Shown here: positions 47,746 through 57,463 of the stretch, one piece after another
Numbering within the stretch: the stretch's first letter is position 1
Layout: the number at the start of each line of letters is the position of its first letter
DNA from: Minisyncoccota bacterium
GTDB lineage: Bacteria > Patescibacteriota > Minisyncoccia > Phycocordibacterales > UBA12088
Direction of reading: 5' to 3'
NCBI GenBank assembly: GCA_041908795.1
Contig: JAYRER010000048.1
Location: 18,413 to 82,412 of the forward strand
Length of the DNA: 64,000 nucleotides
Program-made: the position numbers and the translations under genes
The notes under the pieces: generated by a model
Database searches by the model: none
What the model was told of the DNA's origin: nothing
The model's input: the letters and a program-made list of their open reading frames with translations, nothing else

Positions 47746-48429
47746 TTATGCGTTAGTCGTCACCTCCTGACCCGCTCGTTTCTTAAGCACTGCAATCGCC
47801 TCTTCCGGAACAGACACGATAAGGTACTTATAGCGAAGAAGCTCAACAGGATTCAAATTGCGAACCTCTTCAACGAGCACATTGCCGAAGTTGCGAAAGC
47901 TTTTCTCTAACGTTGTACTACGTGAGGGGTGTGCGATAAGTGCGGTGTTGGTGCGTTTTGTTTTCAACTTCTCAAACCCCGCAATAGTGGAGAGGTCTAC
48001 CAACACCTGCTTTGCGACTTTAGTTTTCGGTTCACTAAGTGCGATGGTTTCCACAAAGAGCACTTCACCGTCCGCAAGCTTCTTTGAGAGCACCGCGCAG
48101 AGCGCCTTTGTTCGCATCTTTTTATTGATTTTCTGGGTATAGTCACGCTCGTTGCGAGGACCATGGGAAACCGACCCACCCCTCCAAATGGGAGACCTCC
48201 GTGTCCCATGGCGCGCATTGCCGGTACCCTTCTGCTTCCACGGCTTCTTGCCGGTACCGGAAACTTCGCTCGTGGTTTTGGTATGCGCAATAGGGTTACG
48301 TGCGTTCGCCTGCATCGCACGCACAACCTGCGAAACGAGATCTTTGTTCCACGCAACACCAAAAAGTGCATCGGGGAGTTGGAGTTCACCCGCCTGTTTG
48401 CCTTCGCTTGTGTAGATAGTTGCTTTCAT
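47746..48429 (-). CDS. rplD: 50S ribosomal protein L4
   Basis: KPWKQKGTGNARHG, SPIWRGG. Confidence 0.98.
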   Translation of the reverse strand: MKATIYTSEGKQAGELQLPDALFGVAWNKDLVSQVVRAMQANARNPIAHTKTTSEVSGTGKKPWKQKGTGNARHGTRRSPIWRGGSVSHGPRNERDYTQKINKKMRTKALCAVLSKKLADGEVLFVETIALSEPKTKVAKQVLVDLSTIAGFEKLKTKRTNTALIAHPSRSTTLEKSFRNFGNVLVEEVRNLNPVELLRYKYLIVSVPEEAIAVLKKRAGQEVTTNA

Positions 48430-48434
48430 GGTGG

Positions 48435-49040
48435 TTATGCCGCACGTACTTCAATGAGTGTACCGCGTCGTCCCGGTACGGCGCCCTCGAGAATAAGTTG
48501 TCCACGCTCATTGTCAACCGCGAGCACCTTGAGGTTTTTCACCGTCACACGCGTCCCTCCTGTGCGACCTGCCATACGCATACCCTTCGGTACACGAGTA
48601 CGCAAGCCACCGCCTATCGAACCCGGCTGTCGCGCATTGTGCTTTTGACCGTGAGATGCGGGACCTCCCGAAAACCCGTGACGCTTGATGACACCTTGGA
48701 ACCCTTTCGCTTTTGAAATGCCTGACACGGCAACCACGTCACCAGGAGCAAATGCATCCGCCACACCGTAGGTGCTCCCTGCCTCCGGCGCACTCACATC
48801 GTCCGTAAACCGATACTCACAAAAGTGGCGGAACAAGCCCTTGGTGCGTTGTGCCTTATGCACGTGAGACTCCTTTTTCGCGCCATAGCCCACCTGCACC
48901 GCTCGGTAGCCATCCTTTTCCAGAGTCTTCACCTGCGTCACTGTCATAGGCCCCACCTTGAGAATGGTCGCCGGATGTACCCTGCCGTCCTTGTCGAAAA
49001 CCTGGGTCATTTCTTCTTTTGTAGCTAAAATGAATTTCAT
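48435..49040 (-). CDS. rplC: 50S ribosomal protein L3
   Basis: KGFQGVIKRHGF, PGSIG, GAVPG. Confidence 0.98.
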   Translation of the reverse strand: MKFILATKEEMTQVFDKDGRVHPATILKVGPMTVTQVKTLEKDGYRAVQVGYGAKKESHVHKAQRTKGLFRHFCEYRFTDDVSAPEAGSTYGVADAFAPGDVVAVSGISKAKGFQGVIKRHGFSGGPASHGQKHNARQPGSIGGGLRTRVPKGMRMAGRTGGTRVTVKNLKVLAVDNERGQLILEGAVPGRRGTLIEVRAA

Positions 49041-49373
49041 GCTTGTCTTTGATTCCTACGTATCGTGGACCTAAAAAAAATCGTTACCCTGCACTTTCGA
49101 AGAAAATACTATCCGAAACAACCGATAGAGATTGCGACACACCGCAACGTGTTGCGTCTGCAATGCTTAGAAAGGCTTAGAAAGTGCAGGATTGTAGAAG
49201 AATATAGTCGCTTTGCTCCTTATTCTTCTACAAAAATCGCCCATACCGGACCAGTCGCCGGTAAGGCGGAAAGTCCAGTGGTTTTTGGCTCTGTTGAGCC
49301 GAAAACATGGAGTTAGCAACAGTGCTAACCTATGAGCCCATGCACTATACAGGAACTATGTGTGGGATGCAAA
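49041..49373 (-). promoter_or_regulatory. rplC promoter (TTGCAT-17-TATAGT) and a ~300-nt multi-hairpin 5' leader
   Basis: Five or more consecutive stems visible, ending near a T8 tract. Confidence 0.6.
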
Positions 49374-49374
49374 T

Positions 49375-49403
49375 TTGACATAAATTATGTTGGATAGTAT
49401 AAT
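49375..49403 (+). promoter_or_regulatory. Perfect sigma70 consensus promoter TTGACA-17-TATAAT
   Basis: Read directly. Confidence 0.8.
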
Positions 49404-49440
49404 ATCAACAGTAGTTCGCCACCACCGAGGAGTACGCAAA

Positions 49441-49671
49441 TTGGACATTGCGGTTCAGGGTGTTGCTGCGGTTATCACGTTCTTCTTTGCAGTGCGTGCG
49501 TTTGTGAAGGAGGAAAAGCGCAGTGCGGTATACGCGTTTTTTGGGCTCGCGTGGCTCATGTTCTGGTGCGCGTACCTCGATTGGCTCGAGATCCTCCACT
49601 GGGTGATGGACGCCACCTGTCTGTTTTTTGGTGCTTGCCTCCATATGTTCTTCATAAAAAAAATGTTGTAG
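49441..49671 (+). CDS. Small orphan membrane protein (76 aa, TTG start)
   Basis: GAGGAG SD, consensus promoter, about 3 TM segments, downstream hairpin. Confidence 0.6.
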   Translation: MDIAVQGVAAVITFFFAVRAFVKEEKRSAVYAFFGLAWLMFWCAYLDWLEILHWVMDATCLFFGACLHMFFIKKML

Positions 49672-49697
49672 GCACCAACATGGTCTTGCTTCCAACC

Positions 49698-49723
49698 AAC
49701 AACCGCCCTTTCGGGCGGTTGTT
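49698..49723. terminator. Terminator hairpin between the orphan and rpsJ
   Basis: AACAACCGCCC-TTTC-GGGCGGTTGTT. Confidence 0.8.
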
Positions 49724-49742
49724 CTGTTGTATTCTTTTGTCC

Positions 49743-50108
49743 TTAGCTCATCTTCACATCTATGTTCACGCCGCTCGGGAGAGACAGATTCGTGAGTGCC
49801 TCGATGATTTTTGGATTCGGATTCAAGATATCAATCACCCGCTTGTGTACCCGCATCTCGAACTGCTCTCGCGCGTCCTTGTGGACGAATGCGGCTCGGT
49901 TTACGGTATACTTCTTTATTTCGGTAGGGAGCGGCACGGGACCGACCACCTTTGCGTCGTAGCGAAGCGCGGTATCCATGATTTGTTTGATGCTCGCGTC
50001 AAGGATTTTATGCTCGTACGCGCGAATGCGGATGCGAAGCTTCGCGCCCTCACCCGTTACGGGCTTCACTGCACGGGTACGCTTTGCTTTTGTTGTGGCG
50101 GTGGTCAT
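49743..50108 (-). CDS. rpsJ: 30S ribosomal protein S10
   Basis: RIRIRAYEH, GPVPLPT, AREQFEMRVHKR. Confidence 0.98.
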   Translation of the reverse strand: MTTATTKAKRTRAVKPVTGEGAKLRIRIRAYEHKILDASIKQIMDTALRYDAKVVGPVPLPTEIKKYTVNRAAFVHKDAREQFEMRVHKRVIDILNPNPKIIEALTNLSLPSGVNIDVKMS

Positions 50109-50128
50109 AGTGAGAAAATAGTAGAAGA

Positions 50129-51334
50129 CTATGCCGTGACCTTGGTGACGACACCCGCACCAACAGTCTTACCTCCCTCGCGGATGGCAAAGCGTTGCTG
50201 TGCTTCGAGTGCGACAGGGGCGACAAGTTTAACCTTGAACGTCACCGTATCACCCGGCATTACCATCTCTACACCCTCAGCGAGTGTCACTTCACCCGTC
50301 ACGTCTGTCGTACGGATGTAGAACTGGGGCTTGTAGCCTGTGAAAAAAGGCGTGTGACGGCCACCCTCTTCCTTCTTGAGGATGTATACCTCGCTCTCGA
50401 AGTCGGTGTGTGGGGTAACTGAGCCGGTCTTTGCGAGCACTTGACCGCGGTGCACATCTTCCTTCTTCGTGCCTCGAAGGAGCACGCCTGCATTGTCACC
50501 TGCGCGTCCCTCGGTAAGTTGTTTGTTGAACATCTCGATACCCGTCACGGTAGTCTTTGTGGTGGGCTTGATGCCGACGATTTCTACTTCCTCGCCGACC
50601 TTCACTATACCGCGTTCAACGCGGCCGGTAACCACCGTACCCCTACCTTCGATGGAGAAGATGTCTTCGATGGGCATGAGGAACGGCTTCTCAACATCGC
50701 GCACCGGCTCGGGAATGTACGAGTCGAGCGTGTCGATGAGCTCGGTGATTTTCTTTGCCCACTCATCGTCGGCCGACTTCGCCTCGAGCGCTTTGAGGCC
50801 CGAGCCGCGGATGACGGGAGCGTTCTTGCCGTCGAAGCCGTGCTTGTCGAGGAGTTCACGGAGCTCTTCCTCAACGAGATCAAGCATGTCCGGGTCGTCC
50901 ACCATGTCGCACTTGTTCAAAAATACGATGATTTTGGGTACGCCTACCTGGCGAGCGAGGAGCACGTGCTCTTTCGTCTGGGGCATCGCGCCGTCGGTCG
51001 CCGCAACCACCAAGACCGCACCGTCCATTTGAGCGGCGCCGGTAATCATGTTCTTGATGTAGTCGGCGTGGCCGGGAGCGTCAATGTGCGCGTAGTGGCG
51101 GTTCGGACTCTCGTACTCACTGTGGTGGAGTGCAATAGTAATACCGCGCGCCTTTTCCTCGGGCGCATTATCAATGCCGTCAACACCCTCAACACGGGCG
51201 CTGTAGCCCTTGTCCTTGGCGAGGTTGCCAAGCACGTGAAGGATTGCGGCGGTGGTGGTGGTCTTTCCGTGGTCAACGTGGCCTATGGTGCCGACGTTCA
51301 CGTGAGGCTTAGACCTGTCGAATGCTTCTGCCAT
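50129..51334 (-). CDS. tuf: Elongation factor Tu
   Basis: [33 protein letters not shown]. Confidence 0.99.
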   Translation of the reverse strand: MAEAFDRSKPHVNVGTIGHVDHGKTTTTAAILHVLGNLAKDKGYSARVEGVDGIDNAPEEKARGITIALHHSEYESPNRHYAHIDAPGHADYIKNMITGAAQMDGAVLVVAATDGAMPQTKEHVLLARQVGVPKIIVFLNKCDMVDDPDMLDLVEEELRELLDKHGFDGKNAPVIRGSGLKALEAKSADDEWAKKITELIDTLDSYIPEPVRDVEKPFLMPIEDIFSIEGRGTVVTGRVERGIVKVGEEVEIVGIKPTTKTTVTGIEMFNKQLTEGRAGDNAGVLLRGTKKEDVHRGQVLAKTGSVTPHTDFESEVYILKKEEGGRHTPFFTGYKPQFYIRTTDVTGEVTLAEGVEMVMPGDTVTFKVKLVAPVALEAQQRFAIREGGKTVGAGVVTKVTA

Positions 51335-51516
51335 GGTCTTTTTGTTAATTCTGCGCTCCTTACGGAATTCAGGGCGCGAGAATGCCTCAACTCCGGAAGG
51401 TGCAAGCTAATAACGCCGGACGCGCCACCATTACGGCGACAAAAAAACACGCCCAGTGCGATACGTGCATCGTACCGTACCCGGGCGTGAAGTCAAGCGT
51501 TTGTGGTGGTGGTGGA

Positions 51517-52008
51517 TTAGTGGAGCACACGACGTTGCGGATCTCCTTGGCCAAGAGTGGCATCAGAATGAGGCAAGCCTTCATCGTACACACCATCTTC
51601 CGGTGTGTATGCGACTGCGAGATACTCTTGCCTGTCCATAACAATAGGTGTTCCGGCGACGATCGAAAGGAGGAGTGCTTGCCCCATGAATGTATAGGAG
51701 GTTACGCCCTCGCGATCTTCACACACCGTACGGAGGCACGGTACTCCCTTGAAAATTGCTTTCTTGAGAAGAATTCGCCGCACCTTGTTACTTGGCACCT
51801 CACGTGTGCCAAAAGATGCCTCGCAAACTAAAGTAGGCCCCGTATGAGATGACGGCATAACTCCCGCCAACGCCGCCATAATCGCACGTACCTCTTCCAC
51901 TCGAAGATGCACGCGCAGTTCGCGATGCGGCTCTCCTTGTGTTCGAAGCGCCACCACGCCATCGCGTCCAACACTCGTGACTCGTAGTGTAACTTGTGTG
52001 TCTTGCAC
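51517..52008 (-). CDS. Hypothetical protein, possibly a divergent bifunctional nuclease (DUF151/BFN)
   Basis: EVRAIMAALAGVMP and QALLLSIVAGTPIVM resemble the BFN pattern; AAGGAG SD before the GTG. Confidence 0.5.
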   Translation of the reverse strand: MQDTQVTLRVTSVGRDGVVALRTQGEPHRELRVHLRVEEVRAIMAALAGVMPSSHTGPTLVCEASFGTREVPSNKVRRILLKKAIFKGVPCLRTVCEDREGVTSYTFMGQALLLSIVAGTPIVMDRQEYLAVAYTPEDGVYDEGLPHSDATLGQGDPQRRVLH

Positions 52009-52108
52009 GCTGATCTCCTTTTTCTAAACACCAAACCAGAGGAGAAGGTACCACACAACGCTGGTCGTCACAACGCACCAATTCTTTGGGGGTTCTGCAA
52101 GAGGCAAC

Positions 52109-54253
52109 CTACCCCCTCGCTTTCACAATCTCTGCCGCAACGTTTGGTGGCACGACTGCATAGTGATCAAACTCCATGGTCATGTTGCCACGCCCCTCGG
52201 TCATTGAACGGAGTGTGGTGGTGTAGCCGAACATCTCCGAGAGCGGTACTTTGGCGTTCACCGCAACCGCCATGCCGCGCGGCTCGCTCCCCTCGATTTG
52301 CCCGCGCTTGCTTGCCAAATGACCGTTGATGTCGCCCATAAATTTCTCCGGTACCACCACCTCCACCTTCATCACCGGCTCAAGAAGAACAGCGCCGGCT
52401 TTCTTGGCAGCCTCTTGAAACGCCTGACTTCCTGCGATTTTGAAAGCGATTTCGCTCGAGTCCACTTCGTGGTAGCTCCCATCAAAGAGGTCGCATGAGA
52501 CATCCACCATCTTGTAGCCCGCAACGACACCGCGGTCCATCGCCTCACGCACACCCTTCTGTACCGCCGGAATGTACTCCTGTGGAATCACACCTCCTTT
52601 GATGTTGTTCACAAACTCAAAATGGTCCTCACGCGAAACGTTATTGGGACGCTTTGCACCCTCCACCTCCTGTTGGAGCGGACGAAGCTTGAGCTTCACA
52701 TGTCCGTACTGGCCACGACCACCTGTTTGCTTGATGTACTTACACTCTGCCTCAGCCTCACGTTGAATGGTCTCACGGTACGCAACTTGTGGGCGACCCG
52801 TGTTCGCTTCAACCTTAAACTCCCGCTTCATGCGATCCACAAGAATTTCCAAGTGTAGCTCACCCATACCGGAAATTATTGTTTCACCCGTCTCCTCGTC
52901 TGACGTAATGCGGAATGTCGGATCTTCATCGGCGAGCTTCTTAAGTGCCATTCCCATTTTCTCTTGGTCTTGCTTTGTTTTCGGTTCGATACGCACAGAC
53001 ACCACCGGCTCGGGGAATACAATTTGCTCAAGAATAACAGGATTCGACTCATCTGAGAGTGTATGCGAGGTTTTTGTATCTTTTAGTCCTACCGCAGCAG
53101 CTATTTCTCCCGCAAACACTTTTTTCACATCTTCGCGCTTGTCCGCCTGGAGGCGCACAATGCGTCCGATACGCTCCTTATCACCCGTAGTGGTGTTCAA
53201 GATGTAGGATCCGGCCTCAAGGGTGCCGGAGTAAACACGGAAAAAAGTGAGCGCACCTACAAATGGATCCGTTTGGAGCTTGAACGCAAGAGCGCAGAAA
53301 GGTTCGTCATCGGAGGGGGCCCGTGTGACTTCCGCGCCCGTCTTTGGATCAGTACCCTTCACGGGAGGAAGGTCGAGCGGACTCGGAAGAAAATCAACGA
53401 CCGCATCAAGAACCGGTTGCACTCCTTTGTTTTTGAGTGCAGAACCGCAGAATACGGGAAAAATTTGGTTTGCGATAACCGCCTTCCGCAGGAGCTTTTT
53501 AAGCTCGTCGACCGAGGGCTCGTTACCCTCAAGGTAGTTATTCATCGCTTGTTCATCGTTTTCAACAATTCGCTCAATGAGCTCGGCTCGGTATTTCTCG
53601 ACATCCGCCTTCAAGTGTTCCGGCACTTCCACCATGGTGACGTTTTCTCCCATTTTTCCTTCATAATGGAAAGCTTTTCTTGTGAGGAGGTCGATTTGAC
53701 CATTATGTTGATCCTCTTCTCCAATGGGAATTTGCATGCGAACCGCAAGCTTTGAGAGGCGGTCGAGGATACTCGCATAGCTTCGCTCGAAAGATGCTCC
53801 GGTACGATCGAGCTTGTTGATGAAACAGAGGCGCGGTACATTCGCTTCATCAGCGTACCGCCAGTTGGTCTCACTCTGCGGCTCAACACCCGCCACACCG
53901 TCGAATACAACAACTGCACCGTCGAGTACACGCATTGAACGCTTTACTTCTGCCGTAAAATCGATGTGACCCGGAGTGTCAATAATATTGAAACGTGCTT
54001 TTTTGTTTTGATCTTTCGCATCGTCGCCGATTTTCGTCCAGAAGCAGGTGATTGCCGCTGAGGTTATGGTGATACCGCGCTCACGCTCCTGCTCCATCCA
54101 GTCGGTGACCGTATCGCCCTCGTGTACCTCGCCTATTTTATGACTCATGCCCGTATAGAAGAGTACACGCTCCGATGTGGTGGTCTTCCCCGCGTCGATA
54201 TGGGCAATGATGCCGAAGTTACGAACTCGCTCAAGTGGGTAATCTCTGTTCAT
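52109..54253 (-). CDS. fusA: Elongation factor G
   Basis: [25 protein letters not shown]. Confidence 0.99.
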   Translation of the reverse strand: MNRDYPLERVRNFGIIAHIDAGKTTTSERVLFYTGMSHKIGEVHEGDTVTDWMEQERERGITITSAAITCFWTKIGDDAKDQNKKARFNIIDTPGHIDFTAEVKRSMRVLDGAVVVFDGVAGVEPQSETNWRYADEANVPRLCFINKLDRTGASFERSYASILDRLSKLAVRMQIPIGEEDQHNGQIDLLTRKAFHYEGKMGENVTMVEVPEHLKADVEKYRAELIERIVENDEQAMNNYLEGNEPSVDELKKLLRKAVIANQIFPVFCGSALKNKGVQPVLDAVVDFLPSPLDLPPVKGTDPKTGAEVTRAPSDDEPFCALAFKLQTDPFVGALTFFRVYSGTLEAGSYILNTTTGDKERIGRIVRLQADKREDVKKVFAGEIAAAVGLKDTKTSHTLSDESNPVILEQIVFPEPVVSVRIEPKTKQDQEKMGMALKKLADEDPTFRITSDEETGETIISGMGELHLEILVDRMKREFKVEANTGRPQVAYRETIQREAEAECKYIKQTGGRGQYGHVKLKLRPLQQEVEGAKRPNNVSREDHFEFVNNIKGGVIPQEYIPAVQKGVREAMDRGVVAGYKMVDVSCDLFDGSYHEVDSSEIAFKIAGSQAFQEAAKKAGAVLLEPVMKVEVVVPEKFMGDINGHLASKRGQIEGSEPRGMAVAVNAKVPLSEMFGYTTTLRSMTEGRGNMTMEFDHYAVVPPNVAAEIVKARG

Positions 54254-54414
54254 AGTGTAATTACAGCTGTATGTCTTAATGATAGTGACTCGAAGGCCGT
54301 GAATAAAAAACGCGCCCTGCGCTTAGGAAGCACTATACAGGCTTTTTGCTCACCGCTCAAGCGCGACCAGTGAGACGTGCGTGCGGGTGTAAAAACATCT
54401 CGAAAGAGATATTT

Positions 54415-54885
54415 TTACCACGCGAAGTGTGCAAACGCACGGTTTGCTTCCGCCATGCGATGGGTCTCCTCTCGCTTTTTGAAAGCGGAGCCTTCGCTCT
54501 TTGAAGCCGCAATAAGTTCGTCAGCCAAGAACTGCGCCGCAGGTGCACCGTTCTTTGAACGGGTCGCGGCGATAATCCAACGCATTGCAAGGGCACGGCG
54601 TCGCTCAGGGCGAACCTCACGTGGCACTTGGTAGTTAGCGCCCCCAACACGGCGACTACGCACCTCAACGGTCGGTCCCACGTTGCGAATTGCTGCCTCG
54701 AACACCTCGAGTGGGTTCTCAACCTGCGCTTTCTCCTTTATGATATCAAGTGCGCCGTAAACCACCTTGCGAGCGGCTTCCTTCTTTCCGTCCCACATGA
54801 GGGAGTTAATGAACTTCGCAAGCTCCGCGCTCTTGTAACGCTCGTCAGGTTGCACGGGAATCTTCTTTTTAAGTGGTCTCCTCAT
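54415..54885 (-). CDS. rpsG: 30S ribosomal protein S7
   Basis: RRVGGANYQVP, HRMAEANRAFAH. Confidence 0.99.
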   Translation of the reverse strand: MRRPLKKKIPVQPDERYKSAELAKFINSLMWDGKKEAARKVVYGALDIIKEKAQVENPLEVFEAAIRNVGPTVEVRSRRVGGANYQVPREVRPERRRALAMRWIIAATRSKNGAPAAQFLADELIAASKSEGSAFKKREETHRMAEANRAFAHFAW

Positions 54886-54908
54886 AAGATAAACATTGAT
54901 CTCTCTTT

Positions 54909-55325
54909 TTACTTCGCCGCCTTTGGTTTCTTGGCACCGTACATGGAACGACCTTTACGACGTTTGTCGACACCTGCCGCGTCAAGTTTACCGCGAACAA
55001 TAGTGTAGCGGATGTTGACGTCCTTCACACGACCGCCGCGCACCAAGACCACTGAGTGCTCTTGCAGGTTGTGTTTCTCACCCGGGATATACGCAGACAC
55101 CTCCATACCGTTACTCAAACGCACGCGAGCATACTTACGGATAGCGGAGTTCGGCTTGCGAGGAGTTTTAGTCGTCACCTTCACACAAACCCCACGTTTG
55201 AACGGCGCCGGGTAGTACGTCGGGTGATTCTTAAGCACATTAAAACCGCGTCCAAGCGCGGGCACCTTCGACTTGCGCACACGATCTTTGCGCGGGCTTC
55301 GTACGAGTTGATTGATGGTCGCCAT
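54909..55325 (-). CDS. rpsL: 30S ribosomal protein S12
   Basis: [26 protein letters not shown]. Confidence 0.98.
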   Translation of the reverse strand: MATINQLVRSPRKDRVRKSKVPALGRGFNVLKNHPTYYPAPFKRGVCVKVTTKTPRKPNSAIRKYARVRLSNGMEVSAYIPGEKHNLQEHSVVLVRGGRVKDVNIRYTIVRGKLDAAGVDKRRKGRSMYGAKKPKAAK

Positions 55326-55448
55326 GAGAAAATATCGGTACAAAAAACTGCGGTTTCGCAGTGGAGGTACTGTACTACATGCCATAATGAAACGCAAGGT
55401 GTACACAATGAACACACGTCGCACACCCCACCGTCGCGCTTCGTCGCC

Positions 55449-56093
55449 CTAGAACGGAGGCGTCTCACCTGTAAGCAGGACAAACACAATTCGTACGAGG
55501 TAGCTGATGACGGGACTTATGAACTGTACAAGGAGAAACAGGACGAGGAACAGTGCGAGGAGCCCGTACCGGTACATGAACTGTTCAATGGAATCAAACA
55601 CCCGCCCCGCATGGTGTGGGAGCACACTGCGGAGTAGCTTCGACCCGTCAAGGGGAGGTATGGGAATGAGGTTGAAAATGGCGAGTAAAATATTTACCAC
55701 CACAATGAGACTTGCGAGTTCACCGAACACCGGTGGTATCACCGGGCCCGCAAAACGCACGATCAAGCCGAAGAGGACTGCGAGCAGAATGTTGACCCCG
55801 GGCCCGGCACCCGCGACGAGCGCTTCCCCCCACTTTTGGTTTTTCAAATTGTATTGGTTGTACGGAACGGGCTTCGCCCACCCAAATAAAAATGGTGAGT
55901 GGGTGAGCACAAGAAGGCCGGGAATGAGAATGGAACCAACGAGGTCAATGTGTGGTACAGGATTGAGAGTCAGCCGCCCTGCGTAGCGTGCGGTGTGATC
56001 ACCCAGCGCATCCGCCATGTAGCCATGGGAAACCTCATGGAGGATGATAGAGAAAATAAGTATGAGAAAGAAAAAAATATCGACGGGGTTCAT
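55449..56093 (-). CDS. Site-2 protease (M50) family
   Basis: HEVSH, NLIPIPPLDG. Confidence 0.93.
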   Translation of the reverse strand: MNPVDIFFFLILIFSIILHEVSHGYMADALGDHTARYAGRLTLNPVPHIDLVGSILIPGLLVLTHSPFLFGWAKPVPYNQYNLKNQKWGEALVAGAGPGVNILLAVLFGLIVRFAGPVIPPVFGELASLIVVVNILLAIFNLIPIPPLDGSKLLRSVLPHHAGRVFDSIEQFMYRYGLLALFLVLFLLVQFISPVISYLVRIVFVLLTGETPPF

Positions 56094-56175
56094 ATCGGTT
56101 GCATTTAGTGAACACTATGCTACCATGTCGCAACGTCGGAAACTAGTTAGTCAAACCCGGCACCACAAAGAAAGT

Positions 56176-56418
56176 ATGGCAAAAAAATGCGCAGTCACAG
56201 GGAAAACCTCTCAAGTCGGAGGAAAGTACAGTAACCGTGTCCGCGCGACGCAGTTTAACCCTACCGGCACCACGAGGCGTAAAGTAAACCTCCTCAAGCG
56301 GCGCATATTTGTGCCTGAACTAGGCGAGTACCGCACACTCACCATCTCCACGAAGGCGCTCAAGACGATCAACAAGAAAGGTGCGTACACGACGCTTAAG
56401 AAGAGCGGCCTACTGTAG
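56176..56418 (+). CDS. rpmB: 50S ribosomal protein L28
   Basis: MAKKCAVTGK...RRKVNL...ISTKALKTINK. Confidence 0.92.
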   Translation: MAKKCAVTGKTSQVGGKYSNRVRATQFNPTGTTRRKVNLLKRRIFVPELGEYRTLTISTKALKTINKKGAYTTLKKSGLL

Positions 56419-57033
56419 GAACGTCGCGTCGGTCCTCTGCTCGCTGTTTGATGCGAGACCTACGGGAACCTCGGTCACAAGAGGGCCTTTTTGTTTATAA
56501 CCACCATTTCTTTGCACGAGAGCAACCATAAGCGCGTCTTTGACGGCGTTTGGGTGTGGTACCTGCCTCATGATGAAATCGTCGCTTATCGAAGCGGTTT
56601 GAATGCGTACATTTCCGAAGTTGAGCCATGTCGCGATGAGACCCGAGACCTCGTATGTCACGTCTTGTATACGGTCGAGCGGAAAGCTCGAGACCTGTCG
56701 TATGAAAAAACCCTTTTGCTCCACATCGATGATGCGTCGATTCGTCACAATCCACACATCGAGCCAATGGTCACTCCATACCGCAAAGAACTTCATCCAA
56801 AGAAAAAGTCCAACAGTTGCCACCACGAACACCCCCAGCACTCCCGCAACGCCCCTGCTCACAAGCGTATCGGGAAGTGTGAGTGCAAACACCTCGCCCG
56901 CCAAGACCACAAGAACTGTGAGCAGGAACACCAGACCAAGCCCCGCAGCTTCGACTGCAACACGAAACCAATGGCGCCGCACCGTGCGAAGGATAGTCTC
57001 ATCGGGATGAAGTGGTACAAGAGCGCTTAGCAT
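56410..57033 (-). CDS. Membrane protein with bacterial PH (bPH) domain
   Basis: VRRHWF, VTNRRIID, IQDV, FGNVRIQTA. Confidence 0.8.
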   Translation of the reverse strand: MLSALVPLHPDETILRTVRRHWFRVAVEAAGLGLVFLLTVLVVLAGEVFALTLPDTLVSRGVAGVLGVFVVATVGLFLWMKFFAVWSDHWLDVWIVTNRRIIDVEQKGFFIRQVSSFPLDRIQDVTYEVSGLIATWLNFGNVRIQTASISDDFIMRQVPHPNAVKDALMVALVQRNGGYKQKGPLVTEVPVGLASNSEQRTDATFLQ

Positions 57034-57052
57034 GATGAAGAAGCTAGGAGCG

Positions 57053-57265
57053 TTAGAGAAACGTGGCGGTGAGTGCAGCGCCCACCATGAGCATGATGAA
57101 ACCGAGACTCACCAAAAGGTAGAGTACGGCGTTTGCGGCGGTTGTGAATCTGCCCGTCCCATACTTCTTCCAGTGCCAAAGGAGAATGGTACTGTACACA
57201 CCATAGAAGGTAATGATGAGAAATGTCGCAAACCAAAGGACGGAGATGGGGAGGTCGGAATTCAT
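57053..57265 (-). CDS. Small membrane protein (2 TM)
   Basis: Hydrophobic 70-aa ORF with HWKKYG; TGCTATACT upstream. Confidence 0.65.
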   Translation of the reverse strand: MNSDLPISVLWFATFLIITFYGVYSTILLWHWKKYGTGRFTTAANAVLYLLVSLGFIMLMVGAALTATFL

Positions 57266-57463
57266 GGGTGGTGTAGGTAGAAGTATAGCATCGGTTCACT
57301 CCCTGCAGGCAAAGACTTCTCTCTAATGTGTCACACCCTGCACAATGCTAACTTCTACTGTTCGGAATTTACATATGGTTGCATGGTACATGCTAGACTT
57401 CACAATCGCTAAGACCGTGGTAAAATAATAGTTCTGAGATAAACAACCAAAATTAACAATCAT

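Noticed and set aside
50441-51490. Long antisense ORFs (349 aa opposite tuf; similar ones opposite GT4s, wecB and recG)
   Set aside because: Shadow frames of GC-rich coding sequence, without motifs.
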